Positions 19,369 to 30,083 are shown, numbered from the stretch's first letter. The stretch is 64,000 nt of DNA from Candidatus Iainarchaeum sp. (GCA_016187745.1 JACPJC010000006.1:115682-179681); one strand, 5' to 3'. Made by a program: numbers and translations. Notes: generated from the letters alone by a model not told the origin.

Positions 19369-21321
19369 ATGAAAAGGCGCGGATTTGCCCTTGGGGAAAT
19401 TGCATTTGTCGTACTGATAGTCCTGGGGGTGCTGTTTGTGGCTTTTTTGGTCGCGCCGGAGCCGGAGGAAGGGCCATCGGTTCCAATTGCCAAATTTGAA
19501 TCCTGCGGCGCAATAACCGCGGCATTCAAGGAAAATGCGCAGAACTTCAGGGGCGGCATAATTTATGAAATGGGCGGAGTAATGCCCGTGATGAGTTCCG
19601 CAACAGGGGGCGCAAAGGACCAGGGCGCTGCGAGCTACTCAACAACAAATGTGCAGGTGGCAGGCGTTGATGAGGCGGACATTGTGAAAAATGACGGGAA
19701 ATATATCTATGTGGTTTCGGGAAACAAACTGATTATTGCAGATGCATATCCTGCTGAAAGCGCGGAAATTCTTTCCTCAACAGAACTGGGGGAAAACATA
19801 ACCCCGCAGGAGATGTTCATTGGAGAGGATAGCGTGCTGGTTTTTGCAAATAATTATGTGCAGCAATACACCAGGCAGATGGAAATTGGGGGGGATGTTA
19901 TAATGCCCGGCTTCAGCACAACAATCGCGCAGCTGTGGGACGTTTCAGACAGGGAAAACCCGATATTGGAGAAGAGCGCGGAATTCGAGGGAAGCTACTT
20001 GACTTCAAGGAAAATAGGCAGCAATGCTTACTTTGTAATAAACAGCAATCCATATTATTACTGGCTTTATGAGGAAACTGTCAATGATGAAATTACCATC
20101 CCTAAGTACAGGGAACTGGGCGCGGAAGAGCTGGATTCCGGGAAGGAAATTGAATTTGAGCCGGTTGCAAAATGCGGGGAAATTGCGTATTTCGAGCCAA
20201 TACAGGCAAGCGCATTCATAACAATCGCATCAATGAACATTGATGATTTTGATGCCGAAGTGAAAAAGCAGACAATTGTGGGATCGGGGCAGAATGTTTA
20301 TGCCTCGCTTGATGCGCTTTACCTTGCAGAAGTGAATTACAATTATGGCTTTGCAATCCCCTTCATAGGGGATGTTATGCCCCCTGAGAACCCTGAGGAG
20401 ACAATTATACATAAGTTTGCATTGAAGGACGGCGATGCGTCATATTCCGGCTTTATGGAAGCCCCAGGGCATATTCTGAACCAGTTCTCGATGGACGAAT
20501 TCAATGGGTATTTCAGGATTGCAACAACAAAGGGCGAAGTGTGGAGCGGAAACTCAACAAACAATATTTATGTGTTTAACAGCGACTTGAACATGGCGGG
20601 AAAGCTTGAAGAGCTTGCGCCGGGGGAGAAAATCTATTCGGCGCGCTTCATGGGGGAAAAGGCATATCTGGTAACTTTCAAGAAGGTTGACCCGTTATTT
20701 GTAATAGATTTGAGCAATCCGGAGAAGCCTGAAGTTCTGGGCAAGCTGAAGATTCCGGGGTATTCGGATTATTTGCATCCGATTGATGAAACGCACATAA
20801 TAGGATTGGGGAAGGAGGCTCTTGAGGCGGATGAGGGGGATTTCGCATGGTACCAGGGGATTAAGATTGCGATATTTGATGTTTCAGATGTGGAAAACCC
20901 TAAGGAAATGTATAAAACAGCCATTGGGGACCGGGGAACAGATTCCTATGCGCTTCATGACCATAAGGCATTCCTCTATGATAGGGGAAAGAATCTGCTT
21001 GTAATTCCAATTCTCCTTGCTGAAATAAACGAGGCGCAGTATCCTGAGGGGGTGGAAAAAAACACATATGGGGATTACACGTTCCAGGGCGCTTATGTGT
21101 ATAACCTGACGCTTGAGAACGGCTTTGAGCTTAAGGGAAGGATAACGCACCTGGATGCGGATGATGAAAGCCTGCAAAAGTCTGGCTACTATTATGACAG
21201 CACAAACTCGATAAAAAGGGCGCTTTACATTGATGATGCGCTCTACACAATCTCAGATGCGAAGATACTTGCAAATTCATTGAATGACCTTTCACAGATA
21301 AGCGAGCTGAAGATTGCATAA
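19369..21321 (+). CDS. Secreted beta-propeller protein (Beta_propel/COG4880 type)
   Basis: YSTTNVQVAGVDEADIVKNDG, LNQFSMDE, VTFKKVDPLFVIDL, LKIPGYSDYLHP. Confidence 0.9.
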   Translation: MKRRGFALGEIAFVVLIVLGVLFVAFLVAPEPEEGPSVPIAKFESCGAITAAFKENAQNFRGGIIYEMGGVMPVMSSATGGAKDQGAASYSTTNVQVAGVDEADIVKNDGKYIYVVSGNKLIIADAYPAESAEILSSTELGENITPQEMFIGEDSVLVFANNYVQQYTRQMEIGGDVIMPGFSTTIAQLWDVSDRENPILEKSAEFEGSYLTSRKIGSNAYFVINSNPYYYWLYEETVNDEITIPKYRELGAEELDSGKEIEFEPVAKCGEIAYFEPIQASAFITIASMNIDDFDAEVKKQTIVGSGQNVYASLDALYLAEVNYNYGFAIPFIGDVMPPENPEETIIHKFALKDGDASYSGFMEAPGHILNQFSMDEFNGYFRIATTKGEVWSGNSTNNIYVFNSDLNMAGKLEELAPGEKIYSARFMGEKAYLVTFKKVDPLFVIDLSNPEKPEVLGKLKIPGYSDYLHPIDETHIIGLGKEALEADEGDFAWYQGIKIAIFDVSDVENPKEMYKTAIGDRGTDSYALHDHKAFLYDRGKNLLVIPILLAEINEAQYPEGVEKNTYGDYTFQGAYVYNLTLENGFELKGRITHLDADDESLQKSGYYYDSTNSIKRALYIDDALYTISDAKILANSLNDLSQISELKIA

Positions 21322-21352
21322 TCTTTTATTATGCCTCCCCTGTTTTATTTTC

Positions 21353-21538
21353 ATGGCCAAGGTATGCCCTGTTTGCGGCTCCAGGAAATTGACCGTTGAC
21401 AAGTCAAATATTTTCCTGAATTCCATCGGCGCTAATGTGAATTATGCGTGCGAAAGATGCGGCAGCACATTTCCCTTCCCGATTGAAATTGAAGAGAAGG
21501 CAACTGAAGCGAAGCTTCATTCCAAAAAGGGCAAATAA
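21353..21538 (+). CDS. Small zinc-ribbon protein
   Basis: CPVCGS...CERCG. Confidence 0.7.
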   Translation: MAKVCPVCGSRKLTVDKSNIFLNSIGANVNYACERCGSTFPFPIEIEEKATEAKLHSKKGK

Positions 21539-21579
21539 ATTGCATAATCTTTTATTCTGCTTATGGCAATATAATTCAT

Positions 21580-22305
21580 ATGAAGGGCTTTCCGCGCAGA
21601 AAAAGAACTGAAGAGGGACATGTTCCCAGAAGCATAAGAAGGACTTTGAATCCTGAAACAAGGCAGGGGAAGCGCAGGGCAAGGCGCATTTCACTTAATA
21701 GATTTGCATCTATATTTGGCTTTTATGAGAGGGGCAGGGGTCTGTCTTATTATAGCCAATTGGAGCGGCATTTTAATTTTAACATTGTTGGATTCCTTAG
21801 AAGAAAGGCCTCAATAGGGAAAGCGGTTGTTACAGAAATTGGTGGCAGTGGAAAAACCCTTTTGAAATTAAGGCGCAAAATGGGAAAAAACAAAGCCAAT
21901 CTCAAAGCATTCAATATTGATTTAGTCGGATGGCAGTTTGCCCAGGCCCTGAGGGGGATAAAACTTTTGAAGGGCGATGTGTTAAAGACTCAAGTTCCCA
22001 AATCAGACCTCATTCTTTCACTCTGGGGCCTTGGATATTTTGGGCATCCTGATTATATGACAAGAAAAATTGCCGGCGCTTTAGTGCCGGGCGGGGTTGC
22101 GCTGCTGCATTTTAACAGCTACAATGTTCTTTCAGTAGGATTTATCGGCCTTAAGAATTGGTCATCTTTTTTAGATAGCTTGGGAAGCGGAAGGGAAAAA
22201 ATAAGTGGTTGCGAAGCAAAGATCCACAAAGTTAGCAAAGATGGAATAAACTTCCCTGCGGGCGACTACTTTGTAATGCTGCACAAGCACCCTATGGCAC
22301 AATAG
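21580..22305 (+). CDS. Divergent class I SAM methyltransferase-like protein with a basic N-terminus
   Basis: VVTEIGGSG, NIDL, KGDVL, DLILS, ALVPGGVALL follow the methyltransferase strand order. Confidence 0.6.
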   Translation: MKGFPRRKRTEEGHVPRSIRRTLNPETRQGKRRARRISLNRFASIFGFYERGRGLSYYSQLERHFNFNIVGFLRRKASIGKAVVTEIGGSGKTLLKLRRKMGKNKANLKAFNIDLVGWQFAQALRGIKLLKGDVLKTQVPKSDLILSLWGLGYFGHPDYMTRKIAGALVPGGVALLHFNSYNVLSVGFIGLKNWSSFLDSLGSGREKISGCEAKIHKVSKDGINFPAGDYFVMLHKHPMAQ

Positions 22306-22870
22306 GCATTATGTTAAGCCTGCCAAATGCGCTCCGGAATTGCCGCGCTCCTGCTGCGGGTTGTTGTCCGGGCGCGGCTTCGGCGCCAAAATGCAAGGAG
22401 GCGGATTCTTCCTTCCCTGCGCAAAAGAAGGCAGAAAACATATAATCTACATAACGCGATTTTTTTCATTTTTTTGAAATTTTAAAAAACCGCATTTTTT
22501 TCCACATATACATAAGAAAAGGGGGTTAATTCAGCCTCCATTCGTTGAAAGACGTGTGCTGCTTTCTATTGGGGAAAAAAGGGGCAAAAATCAACCGAAA
22601 TGATTAAAAAGGAGTTAGTTTATAGTATAAACCGATGCGATATGCATATGCAGCAGGAACTTTCTAAAGGAAACTGCCTCCTGGAAAGCAGGGTTGCAGT
22701 ACTTTGCTCTGCGCTTGAAAAAGGCGGGCGCAAGGTCGGCAATGACTGTGCTGCATTCAGAAAAGCTAATCGCATTACCTTGGGCAAATCACAGTAATAC
22801 TTTTTCACTCACCCCGACTGTGTTTTGCCTTTTCTTTTTATTTTTAATCTTAATGCTACAGCTATTTCCT

Positions 22871-23359
22871 ATGCGCATTATCATTACCGGAAGCCCGGGA
22901 ACCGGGAAAACGGCAGTTGCGAAACTGCTCGGGAAGAGGCTGAAATGCGCTGTCCTTAATGAGCATGATTTCTGCATGCGCAAAGGGATAGGGAAATTTG
23001 AGGGAAGCGAACTTATTGTCCCTTTGGGAAAATTGCGGAAAGCGCTGAATGCTGAGCTGAAAAGGCGCAGGAACATAATTGCTGAGGGGCATCTGCTATG
23101 CGAAATTAAGCTTGGGGCTGATGCTGCAGTCCTATTGAGGCTGCATCCTGAATTGCTTGAGGCGCGGCTTGAAAAGCGCGGGTACAATGCGGAAAAGATA
23201 CAGGACAATGTGTTCTGCGAGGGAATTGATTACTGCAAAAAGCATTTGCACAGGAATTTCGGGAAAGGAAAAATAATTGAGGTTTCTGCCCATGGAACTG
23301 CAAAGGAAACCGCAAACATTATCCTTAATAAATTAAAGGAGAAAAGTGATATTGGGTGA
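22871..23359 (+). CDS. Adenylate kinase AK6/Fap7 family
   Basis: IIITGSPGTGKT, IIAEGHL, RLEKRGY..EKIQDN. Confidence 0.9.
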   Translation: MRIIITGSPGTGKTAVAKLLGKRLKCAVLNEHDFCMRKGIGKFEGSELIVPLGKLRKALNAELKRRRNIIAEGHLLCEIKLGADAAVLLRLHPELLEARLEKRGYNAEKIQDNVFCEGIDYCKKHLHRNFGKGKIIEVSAHGTAKETANIILNKLKEKSDIG

Positions 23360-23365
23360 GTTGCT

Positions 23366-24574
23366 ATGGGCGCAAGGGTTTACGCATTTTACGCATTATT
23401 GCTGTTTGCCATTATCGGCCTTTCTTTTGCATATTCAGCAACGGTTGAGGAGAAAACCTTCGCGCAGATGGTTTATGATGATTTTGTTGTTTCGGGCGCG
23501 AACAGGGAGAAATGCGAGGAAATCGCCTTCGTGAGGGCAAACGATGAGAACTACACAATACTCAGCGTGCACGCTGATTTCATGCCGAATGCAACAGGCA
23601 GGATTGCAGGAATAAGCGTTTATGTGAATGACGCGAATTCCGCGCTTACAACGCTGCTTGCGGGAAACTTCCTGGAGGACTGGGCAAGGGTAATTCTCCC
23701 CAAATGGGAGCTGAAGGAAAAAAACAAGATCAAGCTCTGCGCAAAAACCTCGGATGTTGTAACCGAAATAAAAATACTGAACGATTCTAAGATTGGGACT
23801 TATAGAATTGCAGATTTTTCAAAGGAAGGGGCATTCACAAAAACTGCAAGCAATGCTTCCCCCGAAGTCGGGGAGGAAGTGAAAGTTACAGTAACACTGC
23901 ACAATTACGGGAATGAGGAAACATTCGTAACGATTAAGCACATTGCGGAGAATGTGGAGATGCCTGAAATTGAGATAACGCGCGGGGAAACGGAAAAGAA
24001 CGGATGGGTTGCCCCGGGGAATGAGATTGCAATGGAATATTACATGAGGCCCAAGGTTGCGATAAGGATGTCGCTCCCATATGCAATTGCGGAATACACA
24101 AACACTTTCGGGGAAACGGTAAAGCTGGCATCAGCAATGCCGGATTTGGACGTAAAGGCAATTGAGCAGAGGCTTTTTGCAATAGTGCTTCCAGAAAGCA
24201 ATGTGAAAAAGACAGGGGAAAGGGCGAAAATCGCAATAGCGGTAAAGAACCAGAGCACGGAAACAATAAAGGATGTGTTTGTTTCAATTTCACTGCCTGA
24301 GGGAATTGAACTCGAGGGCTCAAGCTCAAGTAACATTCCGTTAATAGAGGCAGGGGAAACTGTGAGCCTTGCGTTTTATGTTTCCGCGCAAGAGCCGGGA
24401 ACTTACAGGGTGGGGTGCAACGTAACCTATGATTCTGTGCCTTTGGCGTGCGACAGGGTAGCGATTGCCTATGAGGCGCAGGGGATAAACTATGCAATAG
24501 TCGCAGGCGCGGTTCTGCTCGCAATAGGGCTTGCAATCTACATGTATCTCTATTTCTCCTCGGAGAAGAAGTAG
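23366..24574 (+). CDS. Membrane-anchored Ig-like (DUF11/BatD-type) protein
   Basis: Signal peptide, GEEVKVTVTLHNYG and IAIAVKNQ...LPEGIE repeats, C-terminal TM helix. Confidence 0.75.
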   Translation: MGARVYAFYALLLFAIIGLSFAYSATVEEKTFAQMVYDDFVVSGANREKCEEIAFVRANDENYTILSVHADFMPNATGRIAGISVYVNDANSALTTLLAGNFLEDWARVILPKWELKEKNKIKLCAKTSDVVTEIKILNDSKIGTYRIADFSKEGAFTKTASNASPEVGEEVKVTVTLHNYGNEETFVTIKHIAENVEMPEIEITRGETEKNGWVAPGNEIAMEYYMRPKVAIRMSLPYAIAEYTNTFGETVKLASAMPDLDVKAIEQRLFAIVLPESNVKKTGERAKIAIAVKNQSTETIKDVFVSISLPEGIELEGSSSSNIPLIEAGETVSLAFYVSAQEPGTYRVGCNVTYDSVPLACDRVAIAYEAQGINYAIVAGAVLLAIGLAIYMYLYFSSEKK

Positions 24575-24663
24575 AATTTTTTCTGCCGGTTTTGCATTGC
24601 CATACTTTATTATACATAACATTTCTTAGGAAATAATCTTTTTCCTTTAGAAATATATTATTT

Positions 24664-27600
24664 TTAATCGTTTTTCAGCACTTTTTGGAACCTTATCTGC
24701 TGCTTGGCGCCCCTTCCCCTGTGGCGCATGTAGAAAATGAATCCTATGAGCGCAAACAGGGGGAGCGCGGCAAGGGGAAGAAGCGGAATTTGCTGCTGAC
24801 CGTCCTGGAGGGAAAGGAGCAGCATTGCGCTGCCTGAAAGCGCTATCGATTTCAGGTAATTGGATTTTGCAATTTCCGATTTGGAGCTTTTCATGAGCTC
24901 AGGGATGCGCGAGTCCGCAAGCATTGCGCTGTTGAGCTTGGAGTTTGTTTTTGTATAGTTTGCAATTGCATCCTCCCTCAAGCGCCGCTCAGCATTCTCA
25001 AGCTCTGCGGAAATTGCTTCCGCCTCCTGCAGGCGGGTTTCAAATTCCGGGGAAATTCCCTCATAGCCTGAAAGCGCTTCTTCAAAGCCCTGGGATGTGC
25101 TCTTCTTGATGAATTCATTGAGGCTCGCGCCCAATTTAAGGGAATCCAGGCGCGTTATCTCAAGCAGGATTTTTTCAATCCTCTCCCTTGTTATCGGGGG
25201 GATATAATCAAGCCTGTTTATTATTCCTTGGGTGATTTCATTGAAATTCTCCGCAAGCCTTGAGGCGCGCGCCTTCAATCCGGTTTCGGAGAGCAGGGAG
25301 GAAAACCTGCTGATTTTTTCCGATATTGATTCTGTTTTCTGCATCAGCTGGCTTTTTATGGCATTTTCATACTCGTCTGTTTTTTCGGCAAGCGCATCCA
25401 ATGCGGATTTCGCATCGGCATAATTCCCGCCCATTATTGAGCTTTCAATTCTTGAGCTTAAATCAAGCGCGGCTTCCTTTAGCTGCAGGGAGTTGTAATC
25501 CCGGATCTTGAAGCGGAGCATGCGCTCAATCGCGCTGTTCGCCTTCTGCATAAGCGCGCTCTTGTCGTTTGAAAGGAGCATTGCAAGGTTCTTGCTGCTG
25601 CGCTCGTTCAGGAGCGCTTTTGCCCTGAACAATGCGCCCAATGCTGAATCGTAATCCGGAATGGATTTGCTTGTTTGCGCATCTTCCGCATACTGCCGGG
25701 CCTTCTGCACATTTGAATTTAGCGCGCCTGCCTGCTCCGCATATCCGAATGAAGTGAGCTTTGCAATTTCCCCTTCTGCCTCATTTACCTCATCGGAAAC
25801 CTGCGAGCTCAGCTGCGCGTACTGCGAAGATTGCTGCAGGAGCGTTTGTTCCCTTTCAAGCAGCTTTTCTGCTTCCTTCGCAATTGCACTTATTGAATTT
25901 ATGTGCCTGCTTTCAGTGAAATCCGAAGTGCTGCCAATTTCTGAAAGCTCTTCCGCAAGCGATGCCGAGTAACCAGCTATTTCCCCGCTTTCGGAACTTG
26001 CAAGCGATGAAAGCCTGCTTTGCAGCCCATCAATGACTCTTTGCCAATAATCCAGATAATTCCGCACTTCATAGGAAAAATAAAACTGCATTGATTGCTG
26101 CGGGTAAAGCTCTGGAACAACAAATGAAATTTTGCCCGCATCAATTATCTCAAATCCGATTTCCTTCCCGGAGGAATCAAAGAGCTCCCCGTTCCTTATT
26201 TCCCCTGCGGAAATTGCAATTGGGACTGCGACCCTTGTTTTGAGGATGGGAATTTCAAGGTTGTTTTTCATTGAAATCAGGAAATCATAGGCCGTTGCGT
26301 TCTCATCAATTTTCTCTGAATTCAGCAGCCCAACATTCGCATCAACCGGATTTGCAATGGAAAAATAAATTTCAATCTGCTGCCTATCGCGCGCGTTCTG
26401 CAGGATGAATTCTATTGAATTGCCGTTTACCGCGCTTTCAATTTGCCTGCTGTCGGAATAGACAAAAGCGTCGCTTATGGGGTAATTCCCCGCGGGCGAG
26501 GAAATTTTAAGCACCGGAAGGTCAGCATTAGCCTTTATCGTGATGGTGCGCCTCACTGCGGCCTTGCCAACATCAACAAACAGCAGCTTGTCTTCCTGTT
26601 CCGAACTTGCGGCAACCGCATTCACATCAAAAAGCGCAAGGGTTTTTCCCGGGGGAAGGGAAGAAAGCGCAAAAGAAATTTTTCCCTGCGAATATTCTGC
26701 CGAGATTATATTGGGGGCTGCGTATGCAAGCCTCAGGCCTGAAAGGCCCTCAAGGGGGATTTCAAACTTGATTTCATCGTAAAGCGCCTCATTGAGGGGA
26801 TTTTCAAATGAAATTCGCAATTGCGAGGCGTACAGGGAATCAAGTAGCGGAACTTCCCCTGCAATGAGCTCCTTTGCGTAGGAGTTCCGGAGGTATTTTG
26901 AAATTGCATCCTTGAGAAGGGAGCGCAGTTCCGCCGAAAATTCTTCAAGGTTTGCATTCAGCTCGGGCGCGAGCGGCATTACCGCTGGCAGGTCAATCTC
27001 ATTCTCAGGGAAGAATTTCCGGAATGAGGAGAACTTTGAATTTATTTTGCCCATTTCCGAATCTGAAACAAATCCTGCGTAATTTGAATTGGCGCCTTTT
27101 ATGGCCTCAATTATCCTGCCTGTTTCTGAGAATTTCCCTGAAATTTCCTGAATTTCCGGATTGTTGGAGAGATAGGCATAGGCATCCTGCTTCAATTGGG
27201 TGCAGGCCTGCAGAAGCTGCTCAGGATTCTCGCTTTCCGGGAGAAGGGCCTGCAGCTTGAAGAACCTTGGCTGGAAGTCCTTCAGTTCTTCCGCGCCTTC
27301 AGAGAATAATCTTTGCAGATAGCCCGCGCAATTGCGCAGCCCATTCTCATTTGCCTCCTCGAACTCCGCAAAATCGGTTTTTGCGCCAGCATAGGAATTG
27401 TACATTTCAATAACCGGCTTGCATGCAATGAGCTTCTGCCTTTGGGAGTTTGAGTCAAGGTAGCCTGCAATATTGTATGCGAGCCTTGCCCTGAGGTCTG
27501 AAAGCTTACTGCTCTCAATATCAATATTCAGGCCCTCCCTTATTGCATTTATGCGCGAATCGCAAAGCACTTCCAAACCCTGCAGCACCTCGCTGCTGAA

Positions 27601-28908
27601 ATAATCAAGCCCTGAATTCAGGTGCTTAATTCCGCCGAGAATTCCCTTGAGCCCTGAAACGCTTTCCCCTGAAGAGGCTTTTCCAAGAGCCTCCAGCTCC
27701 AAAAGGGAATTGAATTTCTGCGATAATTCATACAGCTTTCCTGAGCTTGCCTCCTTGAAAAGCGCGATGTCGCTGATGCTCTGGGTCTGCGTTGCAATCT
27801 CGCTCTTCTGGCCAAGGAGCGCATACAATCCCGAAAGGAAATTGGAATCAAACGGGGAATATGCCTCGGAATCAATATCCGCAATCCTTGAGTTTGAGGA
27901 TGCAAGGAGCTTCTGTATTTCCTGCTTCAGCGATGCGCTTCTTTGCGAGAGGGAATCCCTTGCCCAGTAATCCTTGCGCATCAGCTCCGCAAATTCCTTC
28001 GCGACTGAATTTTCAGCCCCGGAAAAGTCATTGAAGAAATTCAGCACCTCAAATGCCGGAAACTTCAAAAGCGCATTGAGGGAGGGGTCGACCTTGCTCC
28101 GCATCGTAATGTAATTTATAATTCCCGAAATCGCATCCGTTATGAGCGGAATATAAAATTTGTTCTTTTCATTTTTTGCTGCTTCCTTGAGGAGCGGCCC
28201 GTCATAGTAGGAGATGAAATCCCATATGTTTGATTCTTTTGTTGTTATTTTGCTGAATCCGTATGCATCCGCAAGCCTGTTGAAGGCATTTAGGCGTGAA
28301 AAATAGAATTTCACATAGCTTTCCGGGAATTTTTCATTTGCGCTTGACTGTATTGCCTCTGGGTTTTTCAGCTCATTGAGGTTGTTGTTAAGCAGTATGT
28401 AGAACGTGTAGAGCTCCTCCTCCTTTATTTTCCTGATCTCCTGCCTTTCCAAATCTGCCGCTTCCAGAAGAAGGATTTCAAAGCTTGCAGTGTTTGCAAA
28501 TTCAGCGCTCCTGAATTCCTCATTCAAGTTGCTGTTCAGTTCGTTCACATTCCTCGGAAGGAGCGCAAGATCCGAATCCGAGGCGCAGAGCTGGTAAATC
28601 CTTTTTATGTTCGCAATCGCGCGGTTGTGGAAAAGCCACGCCCTTGCAAGGTAATTTTTGTAGAGGTTCAGTTTTTGGGAAGTGGATGCTGAGAACTGCG
28701 CATCGGGGAAATTGAAGAGGCCTGCATTGACCTGCTGGAAGCAGGCTTCCTGCGTTTCGCATTTCGGGATTGAGGTTTTTGAGTGCGAGGCTAGCTGCAG
28801 GCACTGCTCCCTTTGTTCCGGGGCAAGCTTCTGCTGCAGGCAGCCCGAAGTGAGAATAAGAAATGCGAGCAGAAGCGCGAGAATTGCGAAAATTTTTTTG
28901 TTCGGCAA
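24664..28908 (-). CDS. Large lipoprotein-like surface protein with a C-terminal TM anchor
   Basis: Lipobox LTSGC, helical regions around a central beta region, C-terminal hydrophobic helix plus basic tail. Confidence 0.75.
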   Translation of the reverse strand: MPNKKIFAILALLLAFLILTSGCLQQKLAPEQREQCLQLASHSKTSIPKCETQEACFQQVNAGLFNFPDAQFSASTSQKLNLYKNYLARAWLFHNRAIANIKRIYQLCASDSDLALLPRNVNELNSNLNEEFRSAEFANTASFEILLLEAADLERQEIRKIKEEELYTFYILLNNNLNELKNPEAIQSSANEKFPESYVKFYFSRLNAFNRLADAYGFSKITTKESNIWDFISYYDGPLLKEAAKNEKNKFYIPLITDAISGIINYITMRSKVDPSLNALLKFPAFEVLNFFNDFSGAENSVAKEFAELMRKDYWARDSLSQRSASLKQEIQKLLASSNSRIADIDSEAYSPFDSNFLSGLYALLGQKSEIATQTQSISDIALFKEASSGKLYELSQKFNSLLELEALGKASSGESVSGLKGILGGIKHLNSGLDYFSSEVLQGLEVLCDSRINAIREGLNIDIESSKLSDLRARLAYNIAGYLDSNSQRQKLIACKPVIEMYNSYAGAKTDFAEFEEANENGLRNCAGYLQRLFSEGAEELKDFQPRFFKLQALLPESENPEQLLQACTQLKQDAYAYLSNNPEIQEISGKFSETGRIIEAIKGANSNYAGFVSDSEMGKINSKFSSFRKFFPENEIDLPAVMPLAPELNANLEEFSAELRSLLKDAISKYLRNSYAKELIAGEVPLLDSLYASQLRISFENPLNEALYDEIKFEIPLEGLSGLRLAYAAPNIISAEYSQGKISFALSSLPPGKTLALFDVNAVAASSEQEDKLLFVDVGKAAVRRTITIKANADLPVLKISSPAGNYPISDAFVYSDSRQIESAVNGNSIEFILQNARDRQQIEIYFSIANPVDANVGLLNSEKIDENATAYDFLISMKNNLEIPILKTRVAVPIAISAGEIRNGELFDSSGKEIGFEIIDAGKISFVVPELYPQQSMQFYFSYEVRNYLDYWQRVIDGLQSRLSSLASSESGEIAGYSASLAEELSEIGSTSDFTESRHINSISAIAKEAEKLLEREQTLLQQSSQYAQLSSQVSDEVNEAEGEIAKLTSFGYAEQAGALNSNVQKARQYAEDAQTSKSIPDYDSALGALFRAKALLNERSSKNLAMLLSNDKSALMQKANSAIERMLRFKIRDYNSLQLKEAALDLSSRIESSIMGGNYADAKSALDALAEKTDEYENAIKSQLMQKTESISEKISRFSSLLSETGLKARASRLAENFNEITQGIINRLDYIPPITRERIEKILLEITRLDSLKLGASLNEFIKKSTSQGFEEALSGYEGISPEFETRLQEAEAISAELENAERRLREDAIANYTKTNSKLNSAMLADSRIPELMKSSKSEIAKSNYLKSIALSGSAMLLLSLQDGQQQIPLLPLAALPLFALIGFIFYMRHRGRGAKQQIRFQKVLKND

Positions 28909-28985
28909 GCTTGTCCCACAAATTCCTGCACCGAAGGATTTATAATTATTTCGTTGATTGTCGTATAGATATAAGGTGTGTTTTT

Positions 28986-29246
28986 GTGGGAATTTATTTC
29001 ATTGAGCACGCGGAAAGGCGCTTTATCGAGCGCAATATCCCGGTCAATAAAATCAGGAAGATGCTGGATGAAGGAATTACAATTGATGATATTGGAGAAA
29101 AAGCCGGCAGAAAGATATGTATTTATAAGGAAGGGAACAGTTATTTTACCGTAGTTTTCCAGCCGTGCGGGGAGCATAAGTTCATAATTACCGGCTATCC
29201 ATCAAAGGAATGGGAAAAGAAAATATGCAGGGAGATTAAAAGATGA
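28986..29246 (+). CDS. DUF4258-like putative toxin
   Basis: FIEHAERRFIERNI...IITGY; GTG start after AGGTG; coupled to the Zn-finger gene. Confidence 0.7.
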   Translation: MGIYFIEHAERRFIERNIPVNKIRKMLDEGITIDDIGEKAGRKICIYKEGNSYFTVVFQPCGEHKFIITGYPSKEWEKKICREIKR

Positions 29247-29458
29247 AATGCATCAAGTGCAACGGCAGCACAAAAATTGTTGAGACGGGAAGGGTTTTTT
29301 TTGGCAAGGTTGTGGTTAGCCCGGTCAGGGCTGAAAAATGCCTGAAGTGCGGGGAAGAATACTTGGATGAAAAAGAATATGAGAGTGTAAGGAAAAAATT
29401 GGAAAAAATTAAAGTCTGCACGCCGGAATTCCAAAAAATCCAATTGCTAGTTGTTTAA
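29243..29458 (+). CDS. YgiT-type zinc finger protein (putative antitoxin)
   Basis: MKCIKCNG...AEKCLKCGEEYLD; ATGA overlap with the upstream gene. Confidence 0.8.
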   Translation: MKCIKCNGSTKIVETGRVFFGKVVVSPVRAEKCLKCGEEYLDEKEYESVRKKLEKIKVCTPEFQKIQLLVV

Positions 29459-29459
29459 T

Positions 29460-30083
29460 ATGCGCAGAACTTTGTCTGTTGTTGTTTTGCTTGCGTTCTT
29501 TATTGTATTCTTATCAACAGGCGCTTTTGCGCAGAACAAGGCAGTTGCAAAATATGCCATTGATGTTGCGCAGTTTTCCGATACCCTGAGGATAACGCTT
29601 GATGCGCTTGTGGGGGAGAACGATTCAATAATAATACTGGGCGCGGAAAACAGGTCCTCATATGCAATTTACGACACTGGAATAATCGAGGAATTCCCTA
29701 AAGAGATTGTTTCAAGTGCGGGCGGGATTTCCAGCGCTCACAAATTCGCTGTGCTGCAGGAGGAGCCCGCAATAATTGAATGGGTTATTCCTTCCCTTAT
29801 GCCAGGGGAGAAGGTTGAATTCGCATATGAACTTAAAATTAGGGTTGATGAGAACGCGCTCAAAAGCATTTCAACCTACCCGAAAATGGGCAGAATCACC
29901 AAAAGCGCAGTTCCCAATATTTTTTCCCCGCTGAGGAGCAATTTCACGACAGCATTTGCTGCGCTTAAGGAAACGGACCCGCAGGCGGCAGCTGCGGTAA
30001 TTGCGGTATTTGCCATATTGTTCGCACTGGCACACATGCATAATCCGAAAGGGAAGGGAAGGCGCAAACAGAAATTCTTTTAA
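29460..30083 (+). CDS. Membrane-anchored exported protein
   Basis: Signal peptide, EEFPKEI...WVIPSLMPGE, C-terminal TM helix. Confidence 0.7.
   Translation: MRRTLSVVVLLAFFIVFLSTGAFAQNKAVAKYAIDVAQFSDTLRITLDALVGENDSIIILGAENRSSYAIYDTGIIEEFPKEIVSSAGGISSAHKFAVLQEEPAIIEWVIPSLMPGEKVEFAYELKIRVDENALKSISTYPKMGRITKSAVPNIFSPLRSNFTTAFAALKETDPQAAAAVIAVFAILFALAHMHNPKGKGRRKQKFF

Noticed and set aside
22600-22797. 65-aa ORF
   Set aside because: No motif or other support; left uncalled
23934-24617. 227-aa - strand ORF
   Set aside because: Antisense to a well-formed membrane protein gene, with atypical composition
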